From assembly GCA_001949185.1 (NCBI GenBank), contig BDGG01000002.1:3958448-4022447 (forward strand): DNA of 64,000 nucleotides. Direction: 5' to 3'. This DNA comes from Ramazzottius varieornatus. Its lineage: Eukaryota; Animalia; Tardigrada. Position numbers and translations under genes: made by a program. The notes below the pieces were generated by a model that worked only from the letters and a program-made list of their open reading frames with translations, was not told the DNA's origin and did no database searches. Below are positions 1 to 14,395 of the stretch, piece by piece. How positions within the stretch are numbered: the stretch's first letter is position 1; each line of letters begins with the position of its first letter.

Positions 1-1872
<1,872 letters not shown>

Positions 1873-3401
1873 TCATATCCGAACACCTGAAGAGATACTG
1901 CAGGTCATACCAGCAACGTAGAAACAGGAGGAAGGTTGTCCGGAATCTGGATTCTGCATAAATGCAGGGAAGAACGGCGACTGACAGCGAGCGATGGCCC
2001 AATGGAAAACTGATTGACTGATTTCTATCAGACGGACAAAGTCAGCTGATTCCTGGCATTACATGACATCACATAACGTGATACAACTACAGTCCGTGAC
2101 GTTGTCGGCCCTCGGACGCACGTTTAGACTAAGGCCGGGAATGGCGGGAATATTCCCCCCCCCCAAACCCCACCCAAAAAACAGGACCGGGAACGTTTGC
2201 CTGGGAAGACCGAGAATGATAATTGGGGTGGGAATTATGATTAATAATATCACTGAAATATCAAAAAATGTTTGGCGAATCAGGTCTCGATACACCGACT
2301 TCCAAGCTTCGAAAGTAGCTGTTTGGTCTTGAAGCTGCGTTTGTTATCATGACTTGCATTCCCGAACTGTACAGTCTTAAACTGGAAAGTCGTGTGGGGT
2401 ATTCATGGCTCGTAATATGAGGACGTTTGTTGCACTGATTGTTGATGGTGACTGCACAGTCCAAGCGTGCTTAAGACACATCAGAGCTTCCCATTACAGT
2501 ACGGCTGTTTCTGTGCAAAAAAGGACACATCCGCACTGGACACCCCATTAGGACAACTCAAACCTGACGTTCAGATAAAAGAGGTCGTTTATTTTTGCTA
2601 AACGAGCCCCCGGACAGACTGGTGACCGAAAATAATCTCTGTCTACTCGTTTTAGCTGAACAGATTGAGCCAGTCTTTTATGCTAAAGGCAGACCATTAA
2701 CCTTTTCGGCAACGTCATGTCATTGCGCGAAGATTTTGAACATTAGACCTCCGTACCATTGAGAAGTCCCGGTTTCGCCACGGGAAGTAAACCTTCCATG
2801 AAGTTACGGCTGCTTTGCCTAGCCTGTTTCATGAGTGGTGCAATCGTTCAGAACCTTTCTACCGTCAGTCTTCCTACGGCCAATCAGAAAGAGCGTTTCA
2901 TATGTGTTTGACTAAGAAAATTTAAAAAGCTCGCCGGCCTCCGGCCGGCACTGTTTGTCTCTTTGACGTCGTCAGCTGTGAAGGTTTCGCTCTGCTTCTC
3001 GATTATCAGTGTATCAGTATTGTTATAAGGCTTCAGAATTGTGAGACCAGCTCCTTGCACTCACTTATCTTGTTACCAACCAATTTTTTCGGCTGGGATT
3101 TACGCGAGGACATGGTTCTCTAAACAGATGGACTTCGGCCTGTACTCACTCGAAAGTATGATCTTTGAAAGGATGAAAAATACTATTTACTAGTTATTGG
3201 AGTATTTATTTTAGTAAATTTTGGAATTACGGAATCACATCCCAGGAAAAGTCAGACCCTTAGCCCACCCCTGCTCGGACGGTCGGACCTCGGTCGGGGG
3301 GAGGGTGTCACATCGGGTATCCGAACTCCGGATTCTTGTTCTTGTTTTTTGCAAATCCCTTGTTGAAATCACAGGTTCCATCAATGATTCTTTCTCTTTC
3401 A

Positions 3402-4190
3402 GGGAAGCTTGCAGTAGTTCAAGATAAGGTCCGGGAGTCGAGATCGAAAATGATCACAGCAGCAGTCGCTAGCGGGACAGAGATCCAAAGCAAGGCGACA
3501 TTCGGCCCGGAAGGAGGACAGTCAAGAGGTCACTTCATCAAAGGCGTAGAAAGAACTGCTGGAGTTATGTAAGCTGGAGAACAAAAGCTTGGCGGAAAAA
3601 GTAGCCAAACAAGCCACAAAGTTGAACACTTCGGAAGCAGCCGCGGATCATCGGGGAGAACCGGAGGAGCGTTTGGGGAAGGCGAATCCGCAGCTGCCAA
3701 TCGCCTAAGAAGAGCTGGTTCAGCTGAAAAAGAAATACGGGTAATCTGGAAGGTTGTCCGCCTCCCGGCGAAATGGCCAAGATGTCCCTTGATTTGGCTC
3801 GACTTGAGAAAATAGATCGTCTTTGAAGGGTAAACGCTCCAAAGAATGGACATTGCGTTCAAGCAGTCACCAGAAATCGTTGAAAGTATCGCAGCGATTG
3901 AAAGCCTTGTCTGAACAAACATCTCTCTGGACATTTTCTATGGATGAAGGAATGCTAAACTTCAGATCTGTCTGTTTTTAGGCGTGATGGTCGCGGACGA
4001 ACACTGCCCTAAGAACCGTTCTGGAAGAAAGCTGATGCGTACAAGGTATTTCTACGCTACAGATTCGGAGGACCTCGACAGACCTGCTGACAGCTTGAAA
4101 CCCAACACGGGATCGCCTTCGGACGGTTCGGGGATGTCGCTGATAACTTCACGAAGTGGGCAACAAATAAACAGCGTCAAGAGGGAGTAA
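3402..4190 (+). pseudogene. Possible decayed multi-exon coiled-coil gene
   Basis: Acceptor-like tctttcag near 3401 is followed by E/K-rich reading ...SSKA*KELLELCKLENKSLAEKVAKQATKL...PIA*EELVQLKKKY with two in-frame stops. A donor-like gtaat follows, then further exon-like segments to 4190. Confidence 0.3.
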
Positions 4191-4466
4191 ACTTTCCAAA
4201 GAAAATTATTCTAACCTCGACTGCGACGAATATTGCATAACGGATGAATCGAGATGATTCCCGTTTTCCGTTATGATGATAACGACATTTTTATGTAAAA
4301 TAAACTCACATGTGATAAGGAAGTGTGATTTATCCACATAGAAGTTCCGAAACACACAGGATAAAACTATGTCAAGCGAAGTTTTCTCGAACTGTGTTCC
4401 GCAGCTTTCCGCGTGCTCGAAAATTTCTACGCGCAGAAATCAGACTTATCAAACAAAGTTCTTAAT

Positions 4467-7400
4467 CTATCGAAACTCTTCAGATCCTTCCGACAAACTT
4501 CTTGAATCCCCTTCGTCGTCCGCATCTCCCACCCGAAGCTTATGCGGCAAAAGCTCCAGATGTTTCTCACGCTGGTGGATGAGAAGGCGTTTTCCATTCT
4601 GGTACTGCCTTGTGCAGTATTCACCTACGGCAAAAGCTTCATAACAATATGCACATAAACAAGAAGTTTGGCGCTATAATCCTTACAAACGACAGCGTTC
4701 GAAAAAGCGCTAGCGATCTTTTCCGATCGCTCTTTCATCCTGTAGTCCCGATCGGCTTTGTGGAGTCTCGCCACGTGTCCGTCGTAGTTCTTCTTCCTCT
4801 TGAACTTCCGGCCACAGGTGTCACACACGAAGGGAAATTCATTCTGGTGACACACGTAGTGTATTGTCAAGTGCTTCTTGTTCTTAAACATCTTCGGACA
4901 CTTGTCACAGCAGATGTTCCTAGGACGATGGTAGGTCTTCATGTGGTGCTTTAGGTAGTTGTATTCCGGATAAGTCCGCTCGCAGAGACGACAGCGGAAG
5001 ACCCCGTTCACCTGATGCTTCTCCGTGACGTGCTGGTAAAGGTCCACAGAGTTCTTCAGATGTTCGAGGCAGATGATGCACTCCGCGAACCTTCCTTTGT
5101 GAAGCTACAAGCCCAAAAGATCAACAAAACTGATTCCTGTTTCTCGTGGACATGGTTCATTTGAAATTCTCTGACCGGGACGTGGGCAACGGACGTCGAC
5201 AATATCGTTTTGCTAAGTGGCGCACTCTTCCAGCTAATAACACTGAAAACGTGCGCCACATAGAGAAACGGTCGTGCCGGGTTTGTTTGCCGAGATAGGT
5301 CTCAACTGTCTTTTGAATCTTTCTCATGATATTAGTATTACAATTAGTTTTCATGCTTGAAACATTTTCTTTTTTACAAAGATTATTCTCGGAATGAACT
5401 AGAATAAGTCTGGCTTACCCGTTCATGGGATCCCAAGGCAGGAGCAGTGAGGAACACTTTATCACACTGCGCACACGGAAACTTGGGCTCATCATACGTC
5501 ACCAGCCTCTTCCCTCCGGGAGGATGCACTCTGCTCATGTGCCTCTTCAGGAAGGACTGCGTATTGTAGCACTGCTTGCAGATCTCGCACTGGAAGTCCG
5601 TCACTTTTGTCAGTTTCAGTGGCCACCGTCGTTGATGCTTCTTCACGTGGTTGAGCAGCTCGTCCATACTTTCCGATACCAAGTCGCAGCTCGGACATGT
5701 CAAACTCGGCGGACTATCAAGTGTCTTCCCGTGAGAAATACTATGCAAATCTAATAAGGCTTGCAATCGAAAACCCGCCTCACATTCATCACAAGCAAAC
5801 GTCGCGAAACGATAACTCTGAGAAAACTTCCCGGTTCGCTGTTTGGCTCGTTCTCGCGTACGGTCTATAATGCTAGTACCAGGCACAAATGTCTTCTTAA
5901 CCTTGGGTTTCTTTGGTTTTTTCGACACCTTCTTTCTCTTTACCTTCTTCTTCGGCTCTTCCACCACACTGTCTGTTCCTGCCTCTGTTTCACCTTCATG
6001 TTCCACTTTCTTCAAATTTTTACCAAGATCGCTTCTTCGAGTGAACCTTCTTCGGTTGATGCCGGTACTTCTCGCTCGTTCTCTTTCCAGACAATCCTTT
6101 GCCACGCTGAGCAGACTCTTGTCTTTCTCATCATGTTCCGCTTCGTCCAACTGCTTAACCAGATGTTCAATCGACATGATTTCTTGCACAGTCCGCATTC
6201 TGTCTTTCGGGTCATTTTCTAACATGTCCAGTGTGACCGGAAGTGGCACAAACTCGCCATACTTCAACGCTCGGTATCGTTCTTGGTTGTTGATTCTCTT
6301 CCGTCCGAGTCTATCCAGCTCTTCCTGGTAATCTGAAAACTGACCGTTCGCAGCTGCGCGTTCCACCTTGCGCAGCGCCATTTCTTCGAGATTTTTTGTT
6401 GTTCGTTTCCGGTGCGGTTTCCTTCCAGGAACCTTCTCGAGGAATGGCCGAGGCAGTTCCGCGTCGCTCTGTTCTTCGGAAGACTCTCTGGTCTTTGTCT
6501 TTTCTTCTTCCGGTGCCCAGTCACTTCCCGAATCGTGTACGTCTTCGTAATTCGCTTCCGGGAGGCTATCATGGTGGTCTTCAGTACCGCTCAACACAAA
6601 GGCAGCAGTCGATGTTTTGGTTTTGTCAGAGTTTCGCGTGGATCTTCGTAAGACAGGCTTCTCTTTGGCTATGAGTGCCTCGTTCTTCGCGTGCACTGGG
6701 CGTTGTTTAGGGATGCCTTTCGACATCACGTTTCTCGGGGCGAGCGGTGTTGAGAGAAAGCCGGCCAGGACCGAGGCTTCGGTTTCTATTTGGAACAAAA
6801 ATAATTAGTATTGCTGAAACCCAAGAAAGATCGCAAATTCGAAAGTCCAGAAATATGGGAGCTGAGCAAATGAGTCTAGTCAAATCGTCACCTCAAGTGC
6901 CGCACGTTCTGGTTGCTACTTAGCTAGAAGCCTGCGCCAGTTGGGAAAACGATCTGGTTCATTTCGTTCGCACAGCTCACTCGTACTCGACATGACACAT
7001 TCTACATTACCTTCGTCACCGGGAAGGAAGTTTGGCAATGCGGAGGTCTTCGCTAAAAACGTACTAGTCGTCGGGGTCTTCTTCAGTGGTGGAGACTGCG
7101 TAGCACATGTGCGCGGGAATGGCGTATAGAACGCAGAAGAGCGACGAACAGACGCAGCAAGAGATTTCCTGCTCGCCTCTTCAACGATCTTGGCGTACTG
7201 TGCGGAGTAGACGCCGACCAGCTCCTCGCCTGCGTGGACGGGCTTGAAAGACGAGAAGTAGATGCCACCTTGCTGCTGGAAGACCATCAAGTTAGCTTCC
7301 GATACCTGCTGAACTAGCCGGACAAACTTCAACCAGTTGCTGCTGTCATCCGACTTGAGACAGAAGAACTTCGTCACGACAGCCTTGTCTTCCGGTACCG

Positions 7401-7933
7401 ACAGTACATAGCTGAGGTCTGACTGTAGGTCCTCTTTATGGTCCACCAGTGTCCCAACTAGAGGACCAAAGACGGTGGGTTCTAGAATGTCTACTGTACT
7501 AATCACGCGATCACCTGCAAAGAAGCCTCATGAAACATCACTTCGGAAAACGTTTGCATTACACAACGTGCATACAAAAACGCGACGAGAGGCCTATTAC
7601 GATCAAAATTCGAGATGGTAAAGTCTGCAGGGAGAGTGGCATACGCTCGAGGCCGGAATTCTTCATCTTGAATTCCCCTTGTATGCAGGACACAAGGTCC
7701 ATCCGTCAAACTTCCACACACTGCACACTCTGCAAAACACCCAAGTCGCTAATCGTTCTGCCATCAATGAAAAACTTATTTGCATAATCTCTATTTGTAT
7801 CATTGTGCTAATAATGATCAGAAGGACGGAAATACCTTTAGTGCGAGTAGGAATATGACTTACTGAGTTCAGTGGAGGTTGGCTGTGGAATCAGCAGTAT
7901 CTGCTGCACTGGAGTACCATCGGGTCGGACCAT
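4467..7933 (-). CDS. PR/SET-domain C2H2 zinc-finger protein (PRDM-like), multi-exon
   Basis: Exon 1 (7933-7864, MVRPDGTP...TEL) splices in phase to KCAVCGSLTDGPCVLH (zinc knuckle). PR/SET motif NWLKFVR...NLMVFQQQGGIYF...GEEL..Y follows, then many CxxC..HxxxH fingers in ORFs 5383-6798 and 4625-5047. The last exon ends ...SEGSEEFR* at 4467. Confidence 0.88.
5215..5261. repeat. Palindromic dispersed element (core), in PRDM intron
   Basis: AAGTGGCGCAC-N25-GTGCGCCACAT. Confidence 0.8.
6895..6942. repeat. Palindromic dispersed element (core), in PRDM intron
   Basis: AAGTGCCGCAC-N26-CTGCGCCAGTT followed by aaacgatctgg. Confidence 0.7.
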
Positions 7934-8017
7934 CAGTGTGACTGTTAGACGACCGAGGTTTACTTTGGGAGCAATCGGTGTACCTATTGACAATATTACT
8001 TTCAAACTGAAACTTCC

Positions 8018-8934
8018 TCAGGTTAAGCACCGCTTTGAAAACATACCGCAGGCGTAGGCCATATCCAGGCATTCCATATCTCGCCTCTCCGCAACTTCGG
8101 CTGCCTCAGCACGGTGGTTCTCGGCCATGATGGCAGCGCTTGCATCTGCGATAAGAGCCGCACGCTTCGCCTTCTCGTGTACTGGCCGGAGGACAGGATC
8201 CAGGAGATCCCAATGTCGGCAGACATGAAGAATATTCTCTGCGGAAGAAGAAGAAGGCACTGACTGCTGTTCCCGCATGGCGGGCCATTGTTGCCACAGT
8301 ACACATAGTGCGAAGTAGAAAGCCAGTGGTCAACCCAATCAACTTGAACAAGTTTGCACGCTACGCGACCGTGGAATCAAAACGTGAGAGTCATGATGAC
8401 GTCATCAGTTGTAGCAGCACAGCTCATCATAACCAGCAGCAGCTTGAATTTACTTCTTCACGTTCAATTTGGGTTAAATTTTTGATTACCTCTCGTTCCG
8501 TCCTCCATGACATCTTGCAGTTCGTTTTCCGGCGAGAAGATCGAGGAATGCACAGCATTGAACTCCTGCATTAGTCGGTCCGCTTCCTGCCAAGTCCTGA
8601 CAAGGTGAGCAATTTTGTACATCACCTGATCAGCTGTCCGAATAATCCCCTCGGATTTCAGAAAGACGACGGCTTCTTCGCTAAAGGTCTGCATCGCACC
8701 CAACTTTCTCCGGCCATCGGGCAGCCAATTATCCAGCCTGTAACGGCTGTAATTGCCGTCCTTTCCCATCCATTTGATCAGTAGCATTTCGTCCTCCACG
8801 CCCCATCGTTGCGGTCGTGGCCTGGTATTCTTGATTTTAGGAATATAAAACTCGCGATCGTTCGTCTTCGTCGCGTTTGCGCTGCTGTCATCCTCGCCCT
8901 CCGGCTCCGCTGGATACTCCGAATCCCTGAACAT
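8018..8934 (-). CDS. Myb/SANT-like DNA-binding protein, 2 exons, about 221 aa
   Basis: ATG at 8934; a phase-1 intron 8489-8239 (gtaatc...ttcttccgcag) joins WGVEDEMLLIKWMGKDGNYSRYR...RTADQVMYKIAHLVRTWQEA to ENILHVCRHWDLLDPVL; stop at 8018. Confidence 0.7.
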
Positions 8935-9803
8935 GGTTATGGCTAGCCACCGTATAGATTTTGATTCAAACTTCAAAGGTTTTATTAATACCGAAAGCTT
9001 CTACCAATATGAAATAAAAATCAAATTTTAGAAATTTGTGAGTTCTTTCCCGGCTGCAAATCAACTCATGTTTCAATCAACTCGAATAGCTCGAACCATT
9101 GTCGCTGGTTGTTATCGCAATCTTAATACTGCAATTTTCATTTCCGGTTCTTTGTGGGACCAAAGGGCGTGACTGTCTCTGGCTCTTGGGCGATAGCTGG
9201 GACTTTAAGTACCGTGATTTCGTGTAGGTTTTTGCTAGGGCACTGCTGGGTACCGTGACCGCGATCGGAACTGGGAGGAAGGACGGAAGAGGCGTCGCTT
9301 CCTTATACGCGGACCTTATATCGTCGCGACCTCCGCATCCCACCTACAGACAGCAGGCTTTCGAACGGAGAACGTGGAGCCTTCTGCATAGCAGTGAAGG
9401 CTCAATCATGCGGTGACTTTCCAAAGTTCCGACGGAATTTGGCACGAGCGCAGATAAGTCATCGATATGGCGTTTACACCGCAGCGACTGAGCAGGTAAA
9501 AGAACAGCAGCCATTAATTAGGGAAAAACTCGTCTTATCGCCGTAATCATGCGTCTCTAGCTGCTTGCTGGTAACTTCTATACCACAGCAAGCTCAACAG
9601 GTGCACCGTAGAATAGAAACTGAGAGAACAACTGTAATTTGGTTTTTCTATCCATTATGAGGCACGTTCTGGCGATAACTTCTATAGCGCCTGTTCTCTG
9701 TTTTTCCCAACAAAATTATCGAGCCACCTACACAGACTTTCATGTTAGAATATATCTCAGACATAAGACCCCACCTGGTAACCGGTCAAATTAAACGCAC
9801 GCA

Positions 9804-9836
9804 TATAAGGAGAAACAGCCGAATCATTCCTTAGTT
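9804..9836 (+). promoter_or_regulatory. TATA box and Inr-like element for the secreted Tyr/Pro-rich gene
   Basis: TATAA at 9804-9808 and TTAGTT about 27 nt downstream, about 90 nt before the ATG at 9927. Confidence 0.45.
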
Positions 9837-9926
9837 CAAGGCGTATTATCGAAGAACTACTTCGCTCTGTTCGGCGACCCTTCTCAGGAGTAACTTTTCT
9901 ACTCTTCGGAATCTACAGTTTTAAAC

Positions 9927-10682
9927 ATGGTAAAACAATTCCTGGTAATTGCTTTCTTCGTTTGCGTAGTAGATGCCGGCCATAACGCCTACCACAATGG
10001 CTACGGTCAGCCCAGCTACGGAGATCGCCAGCAGCGCTACAACAGCGACTCGTACGATTCCGGCTCCAATTACGGACAAGTGAGTTTCGGGAAGGGACCT
10101 TACAACCAGAAGAAGTACCCGTCCAACTACCAAGCTGGGCCATCTTATTCGGACAACCAAGATGACTCCAGCGATGACAGCTACCAAGTACCCGCCGCTC
10201 CCGCCTACCATCAAGCACCAGCATACCAACCTAAACCCCAACAGTACCGTCGGCCGGTCGAGGACGTTCACGAAGCTCCTGTCCCCTCCAGCTCTTACCA
10301 AGACGACGACAACAACGATGACGACGCCTACAATGCACCGGCTTCCGCACTTGCCTATAACCAGTACCGACCACCGGTCCCCACTCCAGCTCCGTACGTG
10401 GTCAAGAACACGTACCGGAAGTACGCTCCGCCACCTGCTCCTTCGTACAACGACGATTACTCTGCTCCGGCTGCCGCACCAGTGTACCGTGCCCCATCAC
10501 CGGCTCCCGTCTATCACGCTCCAGCTCCCGTCTACCGCGCACCTAAACCGGTGTACCGTGCGCCGGCACCTGCTTACAGTGCCCCGACCTACAGCGAGCC
10601 GGCTCCCTCATACGACAATGCCGTTCCATCGTACGATGCTCTTGCTCCTTCTTACCATGCTCCGAGGAGCGTCGTCTATTAG
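9927..10682 (+). CDS. Secreted Tyr/Pro/Ala-rich low-complexity protein (cuticle/structural-like), single exon, 251 aa
   Basis: Signal peptide MVKQFLVIAFFVCVVDAG, then Y/S/D-rich segments and tandem PVY(R/H)AP repeats. Confidence 0.85.
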   Translation: MVKQFLVIAFFVCVVDAGHNAYHNGYGQPSYGDRQQRYNSDSYDSGSNYGQVSFGKGPYNQKKYPSNYQAGPSYSDNQDDSSDDSYQVPAAPAYHQAPAYQPKPQQYRRPVEDVHEAPVPSSSYQDDDNNDDDAYNAPASALAYNQYRPPVPTPAPYVVKNTYRKYAPPPAPSYNDDYSAPAAAPVYRAPSPAPVYHAPAPVYRAPKPVYRAPAPAYSAPTYSEPAPSYDNAVPSYDALAPSYHAPRSVVY

Positions 10683-10880
10683 AAAATGTGATTTAGTAAA
10701 TGTTTGAGAACGAGAATTTGTATGGGTTTGTCGAACCTTTGGGCTGGGTACTTTGGAAAAAAGTAAAGTGTGTACACCTTTTCGGCCACCAATGTCAGCG
10801 AGCAAGGGATGGACAGTGAGTTTTCAACGTACGAGCAGCCTCAGTAGACCCTATCCAGAAATTCCCAGCGGTGTGTCGTA

Positions 10881-11059
10881 CTGAGGCGAAGTATTTTCCA
10901 TTTTATACTTCGCCTCAGCTCCTACATTCGCGGGGGGCTTTTAACGACTCAGCCGGAGCTGATACGAAGCTTTGTCGAAACTCAGTCGAAGTTCAGTCGT
11001 TGTTTTATTCAGAGCCCAGACGAAGCTTCCGAACAGCTGCCAGCCGAAGCTGAGGCGAA
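10881..11059. repeat. Nested inverted repeat / hairpin element
   Basis: Perfect 14-bp stem ctgaggcgaagtat (10881-10894) / atacttcgcctcag (10905-10918). ttcgcctcagct (10909-10920) also pairs with agctgaggcgaa (11048-11059). Confidence 0.7.
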
Positions 11060-13397
11060 ATTCTGCTTAGACAACAGCGTAAAAAAGTTTCGGTTTCGAA
11101 AAAAATCCAAGCGAAAGCAACCCTAGTTTCTGGAAAAATAGAACACAGCAATTTCAAAACAGGACACTGAAATCAGCAAACCAAAATCAAGCTCAAAGGA
11201 TACCAGACGTCCAGGGAAACAGTGTCGCGTCGACAAAAGAAACACTAAAGAAAACACGGGAACGTTCTGCAGTTCAGCGAAGGGATACTCGTTGGCTCCG
11301 ACGACGCTGACGGTGTTCCAGTCTTTATTAGATGCTCCCATGTGCCGAATACGCGACCTAGAACAAGCCTGTCGTTGAGCGAAGATCGTCTTATCATCAG
11401 GGGACTGGGAGCATCAGGCATTAACTTACCCGTGAGTCAGGTTGGGAGTTCCCTTTCCGGTTTTCGACACATCCTCCATCCATCCCCAAAGCACCCTGTA
11501 GAAACAAAGACGAAACGGTTTAGCTGTTAACAAGACAAACAGGATAGACTGCCACGTTCAATTAAGAAAACGATCCGGGTCGAAGCTTTGTCGGGTTGAC
11601 AGGCTGTGTTGAACTGGGCACAACCTTGTCCTGCACAAATGTGTGCGGCCAAGGCCGTGCCGCTGTTGATCACTCTAGACAATCAACAATCAGCCAAACG
11701 AAATTTACGAAAAGACATAAAGCAGATCTCACCTCTTCCTCCCACTCCTAATTACGGTTCACCGGGAGCTTGTGAGAGTTGCCCGATTAAGGATGACCAG
11801 GAGGCAGGAACAGAGCTTTGTGGTGGGTAGTAAACCACGTATCACTTCCTCAAGGCCTGCAAGAGAAAAATGCTAGGTGACGCACCAGCCCATGTTGAGA
11901 CTGTCCATTTTGCGCGAGTTCGGCGAGTTGATCAAAGCCGTTGCCGCAGCGGAAAGATTTCCTTCCTACCTGGGTTCGGCTAACTCCACCGACATAGAAC
12001 GCCCAAAAGATGCGGAAAGGGAACTCCCCTCTCACCTGCAGTGACGATGCAGAACCTGAAACGGCAGACGTTCAGCTGGCAGCTTCAATGTCGAAAGAAG
12101 AATGGCCGGCCGTTGTAGACTTACCTTAGGTGAATCCAGAACACGCTTCACTAACAACGCTCTCCCAGCTGGATTCCTCTCCATTAGCAAACAGGCCAGT
12201 AAACCTGCCCATCAACATGAGCACAGAACCACATGGATATGCAAAAGCTGAAACGTTCTGGAAGGATTACTTCAAAGGAGCGAGATAAAGCGACCGTTAA
12301 ATCGAAGAAAATGAAATTGCTTTTCGAGTTGAAATTCGTTCAACTCGCGCGGTGAGTTGATTGCCCAGCTTGATTGATCATCCACTGCGCTTGCCAACAG
12401 AATTTTGGTTTGATACTGTCAGCTTGGTTCTTATCAGCGAAGACCTACAGTCCGCCGCTACATGGGAGCTTCCATCGCAATTCGCGTACTTGTCAAAATG
12501 GAGCGAACATCTTATTGGGCAACGTTCAGCGATTTTTTCATTCTTTGCTGCACTAAGACCATTTGGTTCAAACGAAACATCGCGTCGCTCGATTAGTAAG
12601 AAACCACAATCAACGCTGTCCAATCTGCCGACTAATCATAAAGGTACCGATCCAATAAATTAATTTCGTTTGCTCTATGGCTTGTGGGTGGGTGCTGCCA
12701 CCCAGAACAAGACCTTGGCAGCAGTTTTCTATCAGCGGAAGTCCACGGACCATTGACAACCTTATTGCACATGATTTAGCGACGCGCATGCCGGGAATTT
12801 TCTGGTGGGATCCCGAATTGACTAGTCCATTAGGCGAAGAAACAACGTTCTCGCTTTTCGCAGAGAAGGTCGATTATTGGAGAGGCGCAGATCAGAGAGT
12901 TTGTTCGCTCGAACACCGAAGAGACAATAGGTCCACGCGTTCGAAGTTGGGCGGCGAACCGCCCGGTACTTTCAAGTTGGTCATTTGCGGCACTTTGCGC
13001 TTTTTCTTTCTCATTGTTTGCTACCATATGTCATGAAAAGATATCAAATTTGATAGCACTAGCTGCGTCCATTTTAACCTAAAAATGAACTAATTGACTC
13101 GATCACAACGGAGAGATCGTGTCCGTACAAGGCAGGCACAATCAAATCTCAGGCCAAAAGTAGAGCAAAGTTCCCATTAACGCTCTCTACTGAAAGGAAG
13201 AAGCTCAAGGTAGACTTTCTCTGTTCGGGAAGAAAAGAATCGTAATTAATTTTGTTCGTCAAGAGAGCTGGAGAGCCTGCCATTGATTATATCTGCACCT
13301 CACGCCGGCGGTCAATAAAAACACATCATAAGCCATTCTCTTACATCTGCGATATCACTTCGGGGTTGAGATCGAGTGTTACAGGTTAATTTTTAAG

Positions 13398-14395
13398 ATG
13401 GCATTAGCTCGATATGTTTTAATCGCTTGCTCGTGTTTGACAGCCACCAGAGCGCAATACGGAGGTTTGGGCTATGGGTCAAGCCCTGGTGGATCTTCCG
13501 GTGGTAATGTCGGCTCCAGCGGATACGGTTCAGGCTCTTCTGGGTCGTCCGGTTACGGACCAGGGTCGTCCGGCTCTTTGGGCTACGGTTCAGGCTCTTC
13601 TGGTGGTGGAAATATGGGTAAATAAGTTCTTCAGTGGTTCGTAATGCGATAATCACTACAATAATTTATCAAGATCTTTTGCGAAAGCCGAAGATTTGAA
13701 GCTCTCACCGCAGTCTTTATTATCCACAGGCTCAAGCGCCGGCTCAGGCTATGGTGCGAGTCCAGCGCAGAGCAGTTACCCGTACGGTGGTTCCAGTAAT
13801 CCGGGCAGTGGTTCCAGTGGTTATGGCTCAATGATGTTCAGTGCTTTCGGTGGTTTCCCGTCGGGTTATGGAAATTCCGGCGGCGGATATGGAGGAAGCT
13901 CGGGCGGTTACGGAAATGGTGGCAGCTACTACACTACGGCTGCGCCGACCGCGTCATCCACAGGAGCGACCACAATCGCTCCCGGAAACACAACCTGTCC
14001 AGGTGCGGCTCCCATCGGCTGCAGATATCAAGCACTAATTGATCCGGTGACCGGAAACGTCTTGTTCTGCTTGCTGGTCTGCGATCAACCTGTTACGCAA
14101 ACCCCCACTACCGCTACCACGTCCGCATCCGTCACCGCATCCCCTGCTACCACGACAATTACGACGGTGACAGCCACCACTACCATCGATCCCACGATAG
14201 CCCTACAAGCTCAAATAGAGGCGTGCATTGCGGCTGGCCTAAGACCCGACCCAACTTGCACCTTCAATGGTTTCGGCCAGACAACACCACCGATAACCTG
14301 CGCTCAGACCTGCCCGTCGGCTCCTTTTCTCCCACCCTGCGACCCAACAGTTGGTACCATTATTGATAGATGCATATGTAGTCAGGCAATGTCTC
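13398..14395 (+). CDS. Secreted Gly/Ser/Tyr-rich protein with Thr-rich and Cys-rich modules, truncated by the assembly gap
   Basis: Signal peptide MALARYVLIACSCLTATRA and GYGSGSSGSS repeats. A phase-1 intron 13618-13729 joins the two ORFs in frame. Thr-rich linkers and Cys clusters run into the Ns. Confidence 0.8.

Noticed and set aside
5425-6808. Several plus-strand ORFs overlapping the PRDM exon, and similar ones opposite PDE, XYLB and GSTO
   Set aside because: Antisense shadows of real coding exons with no motifs of their own.
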